Assembly (NCBI GenBank): GCA_964391955.1
Contig: CAYMOB010000005.1
Location: forward strand, 39,519-103,518
Direction of reading: 5' to 3'
DNA length: 64,000 nucleotides
DNA from: an uncultured Muribaculaceae bacterium
Lineage (GTDB): Bacteria > Bacteroidota > Bacteroidia > Bacteroidales > UBA932
The translations under genes were made by a program, and so were the position numbers. This document shows, in pieces, positions 10,110-18,493 of the stretch. How positions within the stretch are numbered: the first letter of the stretch is position 1; the number at the start of each line of letters is the position of its first letter. The notes beneath the pieces are model-generated. The model made no database searches. It saw nothing but the letters and a program-made list of their open reading frames with translations, and was not told where the DNA came from.

Positions 10110-10348
10110 ATACATCAAGAAGTTAGACTTGTTCCTTTGCCAAGGTAAATAACTGAATCTCTGCCGGATAAAGCCTATAACCCGATTATGCGGCAATCCA
10201 CAAAGCAATAAATGGCCTTGCCTGAATATGCCTTTCCGGCGAAGCTTTCCGACGGGATAAATATAATCCGTTGACACACTGACGTTCGCACAGGACTTTA
10301 AGACACTCAACAGACACCGCAGGCTTTCGTCCTATGGTTTTCCACACA

Positions 10349-11275
10349 TCAGAACCCTTTTGCGATGTTTTCGGCAATGGAGCGGATCAGGCGCTCCCTG
10401 GACTCGACACTGGCCCAGGCTATATGAGGAGTAAGGCTCAGACGCTCAGGATGGCGTGTGTGCAGAAGCGGATGGTCAGCCGGTAACGGCTCGATGGAAT
10501 ATACATCCAGAGCCGCACCGCCGATGGCGCCCTCGTCAATGACCTTTGCCAAGGCATCCTCAACCACAATGCCACCTCTTCCCATATTCACAATGACCGC
10601 CTCAGGCTTCATCATCCTTAGTTCTTTCTCGCCGACAAGCCCGGCCGTACGCTCATTGTAAGGAGCGTGGACCGATATGACATCGGACTCGCGCATCAGA
10701 CGCTCCAACGACACCGAAGGATAATCCCTGTTATGGCTTGTGCCGGATGTGGAATAGTAGATGACATTCATTCCGAACGCCTCCCCGATTCTTGCGACCT
10801 TAGAGCCTATCGCCCCCAAGCCTATGACTCCCAACGTCTTGCCGGCCATCTCGACGAATGGTCTTGAATAATCAGTGAACAACCCGCTGCGGGAGTAGAT
10901 TCCGGATTTGACGACATCGTCAAAATAGGCTCCGTTGCCCAGAAGGTTAAGAATATGCATGAATGTTTCCTGGACAACGGAGTCCGTGGAATAGCCTGCG
11001 ACATTTCTGACGATTATACCGCGTCTGGAACAGGCGTCGACATCTATGTTATTGACACCCGTGCCGGACTCACAGACAAGCCGAAGCTTCGGCGCCGCGT
11101 CCAGCAGCCTGTCGTTCACCTTTATCTTATTTATAATCAAGACCTCACAGTCACCGACCCGCGCCATGGCCTCCTCCGGTGTGGAGTTAGGCCACGAAGT
11201 AAGATCGCCCTCCTTTTCTATCGGATCCAACGACGAGGTTCCCATCGTCGCCGCATCCAGAAACACGATTTTCAT
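10349..11275 (-). CDS. D-2-hydroxyacid (glycerate-type) dehydrogenase
   Basis: 308 aa; GVIGLGAIGSKVA NAD fold, catalytic region MGRGGIV...ALDV. Confidence 0.85.
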   Translation of the reverse strand: MKIVFLDAATMGTSSLDPIEKEGDLTSWPNSTPEEAMARVGDCEVLIINKIKVNDRLLDAAPKLRLVCESGTGVNNIDVDACSRRGIIVRNVAGYSTDSVVQETFMHILNLLGNGAYFDDVVKSGIYSRSGLFTDYSRPFVEMAGKTLGVIGLGAIGSKVARIGEAFGMNVIYYSTSGTSHNRDYPSVSLERLMRESDVISVHAPYNERTAGLVGEKELRMMKPEAVIVNMGRGGIVVEDALAKVIDEGAIGGAALDVYSIEPLPADHPLLHTRHPERLSLTPHIAWASVESRERLIRSIAENIAKGF

Positions 11276-11374
11276 CTTTTCCGAATTTTTCCGCTAATAT
11301 AATAAGAATCTGTCAAAATCAGGAGCCACAAGTAAGTTGACTGATTGTCACGGGTGACCGGGGGGGGTAATAAC

Positions 11375-11421
11375 AGAAGATGGAGTGGCTAAAAATACAT
11401 TTTTTAGCCACTCCATCTTCT
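11375..11421 (-). terminator. 21-bp perfect-stem hairpin downstream of tRNA-Leu
   Basis: AGAAGATGGAGTGGCTAAAAA / TTTTTAGCCACTCCATCTTCT inverted repeat, 5-nt loop. Confidence 0.7.
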
Positions 11422-11431
11422 CTGATCGTCG

Positions 11432-11514
11432 TGCGCGGGATGAGAGTCGAACTCACACGTCGCAATTGACACTAGCTCCTGAAACTAGCGCGTCTACCAT
11501 TTCGCCACCCGCGC
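11432..11514 (-). tRNA. tRNA-Leu (anticodon CAG)
   Basis: Acceptor GCGCGGG/CCCGCGC, anticodon stem CTAGT/GCTAG with loop TTCAGGA, long variable arm, T-loop TTCGACT. Confidence 0.95.
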
Positions 11515-11527
11515 CTGAAGTGGATTG

Positions 11528-11558
11528 CAAATATACTGATATTTTATGAAAATGCAAA
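11528..11558 (-). promoter_or_regulatory. tRNA-Leu promoter (-33 TTTG, -7 TATATTTG)
   Basis: TATATTTG (rc of 11528-11535) lies 13 nt upstream of the tRNA 5' end; TTTG is rc of 11555-11558. Confidence 0.5.
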
Positions 11559-11560
11559 CT

Positions 11561-11676
11561 AAGAAGCTGTTTAAATTTCCTTATCTGAAACTTTGAGGGA
11601 ATGAATTCAGGCGGTTTCTACGGACTTTCGAGGAAGACAGCGGCGCTGTCTGACGGGAAAGCCGGAAGAAAATGAC
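11561..11676. repeat. intergenic repeat, copy A
   Basis: About 115 bp aligning by eye at roughly 80-85% with 21941-22054. Confidence 0.6.
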
Positions 11677-11768
11677 GAATTTAAAACTCAAAGGACTTTT
11701 TAAAGAAATTTCAAACAGCCTCTAATTCAGGTGCCGGGCGAAAAAGTCCGGAGGAAAAGAACCGGGAA

Positions 11769-13343
11769 CTACTTCTTGTACTTGGCGAAAGTCTTGTCAA
11801 TCAAATCGGATTTGGCCGCGCAATGCTCAAGAAGCGATGACTTCAGGATGTTGATGTCAGTCGTGTAATAGCCCAGACTGGCACAGATGTCGGAGCGTCC
11901 GACACCGCCAGACTCCAGTTCCGAGAATATCTGCGGCTTGAACCAATAGCCGGCCCCATACTCGAAGTTCTTGCCATAACGTTCCTTGCACAAAGCGTTT
12001 TCCATATAATAGCCCCACATCTCTCCTACCTCGCAGTAGCCGGCGTTCTCACCGTTGCCGGAACCGTACGAGTCACCGTAATTGATGAACGAAGTAAGTA
12101 TGTATGTGGCATATTTCCTCCAGTAATCCACGCCGACCTTGCTGAAATGAGACGCATGCGCCATCTCGTGAACTGTTGTGGCGTAAAGTTCCTTATAGTT
12201 GCCGTTTTTCCCCTTTGAACCGATTGTAATGTCCGGGGCGAAGAGTCTGACGAGTGAAGAATACTGTCCTAAATACTTGCTGACAAGCTTGTTGTCCAGA
12301 AGTGCCCCGTGGTGCATCATCATAGCGCAGGACGGTCTGAGAATATTCAGCACCCAGAACCTGATGTTCCTCGGCGGCAACGCGACACCGGATGTCTGGC
12401 ACTTCTTGTAGTAGTCGTAGGCCGCATTGTTGATGACGCACCTGCGGAAAAGCGCCTCATCGGAATTATTGTCCACCACGAAGTCGATTCCCGTGGCCGG
12501 AGCCTTGCCCAATGTAGAGATTGAAGCCGGAATGAGAATCAGGTTGAATCCGATGGAGAAGCCTACCTTGTTCTTGAAACAGATTCTGTAATGCGGCTTG
12601 GCGGAGAATTTGGCGGAGAACTGATAGTCTCCGTTCTCATCGGTGTAAGTCGTGGCGACCTTGACGAAGACATTGGCAATCATCTTGACTCCGGCCACTC
12701 CGACTTTCTTCTTGCTCTTAAGCCCATCGTCTACAATCGTGATTGTCCCAGACGGCTTTGACTTGGCCCTGGTCTGAGGCTCAAGCAATCCAGCATTGCC
12801 GGTAATCTCGAAAGCCATCCTTTCGACAGCGTTCCAATCAAGGTCTCCAGGACTTCTTGTCTCCACATCCTCGTCAGGGATAAAGCACTCATCCAAGACT
12901 TCGTGACGGATTCCGGCAGGAAAATCGAAGTCCGGAGGGACGACGGCATACTGCCACGTGATCTCATCCTCCGGGATTTCCGGATCGTGATAGTAGTCCC
13001 CATCCCTCAGAATCTCACGATCCATCGGATAGTCAAGGAGTTCCACTCCGAGTTCCGAAAGAACGTCAAGATCCTCGGTTGTCTTGGGAAGGAATCTCAC
13101 GTAATAATCCGTGACAGGGACACCGGACGAGGCCCGCGTCGGATAAACTGCCGCCAAGGCCTCCCTGACATTGGCCACCGAATAAGGATTCTCAAGCCTG
13201 CGTCCCAACCTCATCTTCTCGTGGGAGACAACCTCGACATTTTCCTTTGTGCTGACTGGAGCGACCTCCACCGGAGATCCTCCCTCTTTGCTGCAGGACA
13301 CCAGCACCAGAGCCGGCAGCATCATTTTGAAGAACCATTTCAT
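11769..13343 (-). CDS. secreted lipoprotein with zinc-metalloprotease motif
   Basis: MKWFFKMMLPALVLVSCSKEGG lipobox; HEMAHASH (HExxH) near the C-terminal third. Confidence 0.7.
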   Translation of the reverse strand: MKWFFKMMLPALVLVSCSKEGGSPVEVAPVSTKENVEVVSHEKMRLGRRLENPYSVANVREALAAVYPTRASSGVPVTDYYVRFLPKTTEDLDVLSELGVELLDYPMDREILRDGDYYHDPEIPEDEITWQYAVVPPDFDFPAGIRHEVLDECFIPDEDVETRSPGDLDWNAVERMAFEITGNAGLLEPQTRAKSKPSGTITIVDDGLKSKKKVGVAGVKMIANVFVKVATTYTDENGDYQFSAKFSAKPHYRICFKNKVGFSIGFNLILIPASISTLGKAPATGIDFVVDNNSDEALFRRCVINNAAYDYYKKCQTSGVALPPRNIRFWVLNILRPSCAMMMHHGALLDNKLVSKYLGQYSSLVRLFAPDITIGSKGKNGNYKELYATTVHEMAHASHFSKVGVDYWRKYATYILTSFINYGDSYGSGNGENAGYCEVGEMWGYYMENALCKERYGKNFEYGAGYWFKPQIFSELESGGVGRSDICASLGYYTTDINILKSSLLEHCAAKSDLIDKTFAKYKK

Positions 13344-13489
13344 CGTTCAGTTGGTTTTTAGTTACGATGGCAAAGGTAAGGGCGGATATCCGTGGATTGA
13401 AATATTCAACGGTTAAGTGGAGAACAGGCTCCTCTTTGCAATTCAAAGGCGTTTTTATAACTTTGCGGGCAACATTTTTTTGGAAAAAT

Positions 13490-14836
13490 ATGGGAACATT
13501 CAGGGAATCCGCCAGATTTGCGGCGGCCATCGCACTGATTGCGAGCGCATTCAGTTTTTCTGCCAAGGCGCAGTCGTATAAAGATTTGATTGAAGAGAAT
13601 CCGGAGAGAGCGGGAGGGGTTTACCATTATTACGAATATACCGACGCGGCTCTCACAAAAGCCCCGAAGGGCTATAAGCCGTTTTATATCAGCCACTACG
13701 GAAGACACGGATCACGTTACCACACAGGCGACAGTTCCTACAAGGGAGCCATTGCTATCCTATCCTCCGCAGAGAAGGCTGGGCTGCTTACCGAAGAGGG
13801 GAAACTGCTGAAAAGGCAGATTGACACAATCAACACCGAGCACCAAGGAATGTTCGGTATGCTTTCGGAAAGAGGAGGCGCCGAACACAGGGGAATAGCC
13901 GGGAGAATGTCCTCCAACTATCCGGAAGTGTTCAAGGGCGGCCGAACCGAGGTGGAATGTGTCTCAAGCTACTGGCCGAGATGTCTGGTCAGCATGGCCA
14001 ATTTCACATCGGCCATACGCGAAAAGAACGGTTCGCTGTCATTCCATTACATCACAGGGCCGAAATATCTGGACTACATAAGTATGGATCTGGACATGAA
14101 AGACATCAACAAGAAGTCCAACGCCTTGAGGAGGCATCTGCTTGACAGTTTAGTCTCATACGACAGGTTCCTCGGAGCGATATTCACCGACCCGGCAAAG
14201 GCAATGGAACTGATCAGCAAGCCTAAAGACTTCATGGACAACGTGTTTATGGCCGGCTGCATAAGTCCCAACACAATAGCCCGTCCGGACATATTCAGTC
14301 ATTTCTCCACAGAGGAACTTGCCGGGATATGGATTTCAAGGAACAACAAGCTGTACTACAGCTTCGGTATTTCCGCAGAAGAGGGCGACTATGTCTCCTC
14401 CATAGCAAAGCCTCTCATCGAGGACATAGTGGCCAAGGCCGACGCCGCTTTGACACCGGGAAGTGACAGGGCCGCCGATTTGAGGTTCGGACACGACGTG
14501 GGCCTGCTTCCACTCATAGGCACGATAGGCATTGAGGGAATGGCTGAACGCTGGAAATCCATTGACGTACACGAACACTGGCTTGGATTCGACATGATGT
14601 CGATGGCTTCGAACCTCCAGATGATCTTCTTCCGCAACCGGAAAGGCGAAGTGCTTGTCAAACTGGTCTATAACGACAAGGAAACACACATCCCCGCTGT
14701 TGAGACAGTCGGAGGAACGTTCCACAAATGGAGCGGCCTTCGGGAATACCTTGTAAAGACAGCCGCCGCAATCCCTGACGAACACATCGTCAGGGACCGC
14801 AGCGGTAAAGAGCGTACGGGAGTGTCGGTAAGGTAG
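13490..14836 (+). CDS. histidine acid phosphatase (MINPP/phytase-like)
   Basis: Signal peptide, RHGSRYH catalytic motif, downstream FGHD motif. ATG 13490 chosen because the signal peptide starts there. Confidence 0.8.
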   Translation: MGTFRESARFAAAIALIASAFSFSAKAQSYKDLIEENPERAGGVYHYYEYTDAALTKAPKGYKPFYISHYGRHGSRYHTGDSSYKGAIAILSSAEKAGLLTEEGKLLKRQIDTINTEHQGMFGMLSERGGAEHRGIAGRMSSNYPEVFKGGRTEVECVSSYWPRCLVSMANFTSAIREKNGSLSFHYITGPKYLDYISMDLDMKDINKKSNALRRHLLDSLVSYDRFLGAIFTDPAKAMELISKPKDFMDNVFMAGCISPNTIARPDIFSHFSTEELAGIWISRNNKLYYSFGISAEEGDYVSSIAKPLIEDIVAKADAALTPGSDRAADLRFGHDVGLLPLIGTIGIEGMAERWKSIDVHEHWLGFDMMSMASNLQMIFFRNRKGEVLVKLVYNDKETHIPAVETVGGTFHKWSGLREYLVKTAAAIPDEHIVRDRSGKERTGVSVR

Positions 14837-14837
14837 T

Positions 14838-15731
14838 CTAAAAATAGACCACAGTCTTCTGCTCAATGGATGACATAAGTGAATTGGCCAGACGGCTCAC
14901 TCCGAAACGGAAAAGTTCCTTTTTCATCCATTCGTTTCCCAGAATCGACTTTGCGATTGAATGGTAGCACACCGCATCCTTTGATGTGGATATGCCTCCC
15001 GCGGCCTTGAAACCGACTTTCCTGCCGGTCCGGTCATAGAATGCCTTGATGCACTCACACATGACATAGGCTGCCATAGGCGTGGCGTTTACGCTGACCT
15101 TTCCTGTGGAAGTCTTGATGAAATCAGCCCCGGACTCCATCGCGATGAACGATGCGGCGGCTATGTTCTCAGGGGTGACCAACAGCCCGGTCTCGAGAAT
15201 CACTTTCAAAGTGACGATGCGTCCGACCTTGGAGGCCGCATCGTCTACAGCCTTTCTGATTGTCCTGATCTCTTCTCCAGCGGCCTCGTAATCGCCTGCC
15301 ATAAATGCGTTAAGAGCCAGTACAATGTCAATCTCATCGGCTCCGGACTCCACAGCCATCTCGCATTCCCTTACCTTGACCTCGATGAAACTCTGGGAGG
15401 TCGGGAAGCAACCGGCCACGGCTGTAACACGGACATCTCCGCTGTCAAGGTTTTCCCTGACCACAGAAGCGAAATTAGGGAACACGCAGACAGAAGCCGG
15501 GAGCGGATACTCCGGAAAATCCTTCATAAAGGAATTGACCTTGCCTACAAGCTTCTTCACGGACGCCGGGGTGTCCTCTGTGTGAAGAGTAGTCAAATCC
15601 ATAAACGACAGGCAGTTTCTGAGGACTTCAGGAGAAGCCACACTGTCGATGTTGGCCGCTATCGCGTCCAGTCTTTTGCTGATTCGTTCCTTATCCGGAA
15701 CGTAACCATACTTTGCTAACAAAGATTCCAT
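14838..15731 (-). CDS. deoC: deoxyribose-phosphate aldolase (long form)
   Basis: 297 aa; FIKTSTGK Schiff-base lysine region, TIM-barrel pattern. Confidence 0.9.
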   Translation of the reverse strand: MESLLAKYGYVPDKERISKRLDAIAANIDSVASPEVLRNCLSFMDLTTLHTEDTPASVKKLVGKVNSFMKDFPEYPLPASVCVFPNFASVVRENLDSGDVRVTAVAGCFPTSQSFIEVKVRECEMAVESGADEIDIVLALNAFMAGDYEAAGEEIRTIRKAVDDAASKVGRIVTLKVILETGLLVTPENIAAASFIAMESGADFIKTSTGKVSVNATPMAAYVMCECIKAFYDRTGRKVGFKAAGGISTSKDAVCYHSIAKSILGNEWMKKELFRFGVSRLANSLMSSIEQKTVVYF

Positions 15732-15770
15732 ACCAATATCTAAATTTCTAATACTCCAAGACGGCGCGGC

Positions 15771-16526
15771 CTATCCTCTTATCTGAACCTCGAAGCCCTC
15801 TTCAACAAGCGGCCTCACAAGGATTTCCATCTCTTCCACAGAAAACTTTTCCAGACCTTCCGCCGGAACTTCCCTGTCAATTGTATAGACCATCACCTCC
15901 CTTGGCTTAAGCTTTCTTACTATGCTCATCCATCCATCAATCACCTCCGGAGAGGAAGAATCAAAGGACGGACAGCGGAGAAACATTGTCTGAAGCACAA
16001 AATTTCCTCCGAACCCCATCAGATCCGAGACCACATCCTCAACGTGGTACTCTCCCTGAGGCTGGTTGATTCTCGCGGCAAGGACATCGGTAGGAGCGTC
16101 AATCTTAAGGATGGGGTTGTCCACCTTGGACAAAGCCCCGAACACTTCCTTCCTGAACACCCTTGTGGCGTTTGACAACACGGAAACCTTGGCGTGGGGG
16201 AAGTATTTGTCCCTCAAGGCAATCGTAATGTCAATAATTCTTGCGAAATCCGGATTCAAGGTAGGCTCGCCGTCTCCGGAGAACGTTATGGAGTCTATCG
16301 GAATCCCTTGAACGGCGCAATCGGCCAGTTTCGACTCCAAAGCCGCCCTAAGCTCATCCGCGGACGGAAGCCTGCGGTCACCCCGTCCGTCCTTGTTCCA
16401 GCCGCACTCGCAGTATATGCAATCGAAATTGCATAGTTTGCCTTTCGTCGGAAGCAGGTTGATTCCCAACGAGGCCCCCAGCCTCCTGGAATGGATCGGA
16501 CCGAAAACAAGTTCTTCCCGCATCAT
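15771..16526 (-). CDS. radical SAM protein
   Basis: FGPIHSRRLGASLGINLLP...CNFDCIYCECG (CX3CX2C). ATG 16526/16523 abuts the upstream stop. Confidence 0.8.
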   Translation of the reverse strand: MMREELVFGPIHSRRLGASLGINLLPTKGKLCNFDCIYCECGWNKDGRGDRRLPSADELRAALESKLADCAVQGIPIDSITFSGDGEPTLNPDFARIIDITIALRDKYFPHAKVSVLSNATRVFRKEVFGALSKVDNPILKIDAPTDVLAARINQPQGEYHVEDVVSDLMGFGGNFVLQTMFLRCPSFDSSSPEVIDGWMSIVRKLKPREVMVYTIDREVPAEGLEKFSVEEMEILVRPLVEEGFEVQIRG

Positions 16527-16528
16527 AG

Positions 16529-17716
16529 CTAAACAATTCTGTATGAAGAACTGTCCTTGGTCAGGCGACAATCCTGGCCAAGGTTGTCAATCACAACAAG
16601 ACCGGGTTTCTTGCCGCTCTCAATGGAGCCATATTCATCTTCCTTGGAAAGGAACTCCGCCCCGTTAAGGCAGGCCCACTCAAGAAGCTCATCCATTTCC
16701 ACTTCCGGGAAAGCCTCCTGAAGACAGAACAGTTCCCTGACGATGTCAAGGTCGTCATTGCTGGAGAGCGAATCCGTACCGACTGTGATTCTCAAACCAT
16801 TCCGACGCATCAGGGACACAGGAGGCAATGAGTTGTGTATAAATATGTTCGATTGCGGGCAAAGCGCGACAAACGGATGGTTCATCACCTTTTTTACGGC
16901 ATCGATTCCTTTCTGGTCCATACATACCTCGTGGACAAGCAGGATATGCTCGTCGAACGGAGCCGGATGCACCTTTTTCAATCTGTCGATGAAATAGAGC
17001 AAGGATGATTCTCCGGTCACAGGAGGGACGCTCATCCCCGCCGCCTTGCGATTGTCCCACATAGCTCCCCGCCCGTATCTCAGCATATCCTCCTCCTCCT
17101 CGCTCTCCTCCGAATGATACGACAGGAAACCGTACTTAAGGCCTTCGGCGGACGCCGCGGTGACAAGCTCAGGGCTCATCGTGTAGCAAGCGTGCGGGGT
17201 CGGAGCGGCATCCAGTCCGAAGGAGTCCGCGGCCGCCTTGAGCTTTCTGACTTCCCGAATCACGGAAGAGCAGTCCTCAGGCTCCGTTCCGAAGACCTCA
17301 AGGAAAGTTCTGGTGTACATCGGGGAATCTTTCTTGACGGCAAAACTGTCCGTACAATTGCTGATGTCAGCCATAGCCGACACTCCCCTCTTCCACATCA
17401 GATCCATCCAATACCTGATACACTCGAGTCTCTCTCCAAGGCTTTTGTTGTCACGCATGGCATTGATCTGATCGATGAACCCCGCCATCCCGGTTCCCTT
17501 GCGGAACGACTTCCACATATAGGAAAGCTCCAGATGGCAATGCGAGTTGACAAACCCCGGAACAATAGCTCCTTTCACAAAAAGTGGTTCAGTCTCCGGC
17601 TCCTGACATTCACCGACCGCAAGCACTGTCCCGTCGTCACCGTATTCGACATAACCGTTCCTGACAGGCTTCCCCCCGTCAAGAGCAAACACATATTCCG
17701 CCGCTATTCTATTCAT
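16529..17716 (-). CDS. amidohydrolase family protein
   Basis: FVNSHCHLELS metal-binding HxH, later HAC..., VGTDS. ATG 17716 preferred; the track start 17725 is TTG. Confidence 0.8.
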   Translation of the reverse strand: MNRIAAEYVFALDGGKPVRNGYVEYGDDGTVLAVGECQEPETEPLFVKGAIVPGFVNSHCHLELSYMWKSFRKGTGMAGFIDQINAMRDNKSLGERLECIRYWMDLMWKRGVSAMADISNCTDSFAVKKDSPMYTRTFLEVFGTEPEDCSSVIREVRKLKAAADSFGLDAAPTPHACYTMSPELVTAASAEGLKYGFLSYHSEESEEEEDMLRYGRGAMWDNRKAAGMSVPPVTGESSLLYFIDRLKKVHPAPFDEHILLVHEVCMDQKGIDAVKKVMNHPFVALCPQSNIFIHNSLPPVSLMRRNGLRITVGTDSLSSNDDLDIVRELFCLQEAFPEVEMDELLEWACLNGAEFLSKEDEYGSIESGKKPGLVVIDNLGQDCRLTKDSSSYRIV

Positions 17717-17787
17717 ACTCAACAAGTGTCAACTTATCCCTCACAATCCGGCCACCTCTTGCAGTGTCCCGCAGCCGTGAAACCGGA

Positions 17788-18489
17788 CTAATTCCCAACC
17801 TTGACATTTTCCGGAGACAGGCTCAATTTCCTGACGGACTTGTCCGGAATGACCATAAGTTCCGGCTCCAAGACCACGATTGGAGAAGAAGAGAGTTTCA
17901 TCCCCAGGGCGGACAACGAGTCTTTTTTCACGGTGGTGTCCCTGATGACAAGCCGAGGGCCGTGATACACCGTGTCCTCAATCACAGGGACTGGCCTATA
18001 TACTTCAAAGGAATCCTTCACAATCTCGACCGTGTCAGTCATCGCATCAGCCTCAAACACTTCCATAAAAGAAACGAACGACTTGGCTTTCACCGACTTC
18101 CGGGCTCTGGCTATCGAGTCGGCCTTATGCTGGAGCCTGTCCTCTCTGGCAATCTCGGCATTGACGGACTCCAGTTCCCTCCGCAGGTCTTTCTCCACAC
18201 GTTCCAGCATATACGCATAACGCTTAGGATCATTCAGATAGTAGCCGACACTTTTCTGATAGTCCTCGGTAGTGAAGCCGTACTTCTTAAAAATAGGTTC
18301 ATAGAACCACGAGGTGTCAGCCATATTCCCCTTTTCCGGGTTTCCGGCAAGCCATTGGTCGGCAAGCAGCATCTCGCGATAGATCCTCTCCATCTTGCCC
18401 ACAGGGATGACACGCCCCCCGCGTTCGCAGGACACGACAGCCAAAACGGCCACGGACAATGGAAGAAGTATCTTGAGCGCCCCTTTCAT
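17788..18489 (-). CDS. lipoprotein, DUF4296-like
   Basis: LAVVSCERG lipobox, then IPVGKMERIYREMLLAD pattern recalled from DUF4296. Confidence 0.55.
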   Translation of the reverse strand: MKGALKILLPLSVAVLAVVSCERGGRVIPVGKMERIYREMLLADQWLAGNPEKGNMADTSWFYEPIFKKYGFTTEDYQKSVGYYLNDPKRYAYMLERVEKDLRRELESVNAEIAREDRLQHKADSIARARKSVKAKSFVSFMEVFEADAMTDTVEIVKDSFEVYRPVPVIEDTVYHGPRLVIRDTTVKKDSLSALGMKLSSSPIVVLEPELMVIPDKSVRKLSLSPENVKVGN

Positions 18490-18493
18490 TCCT

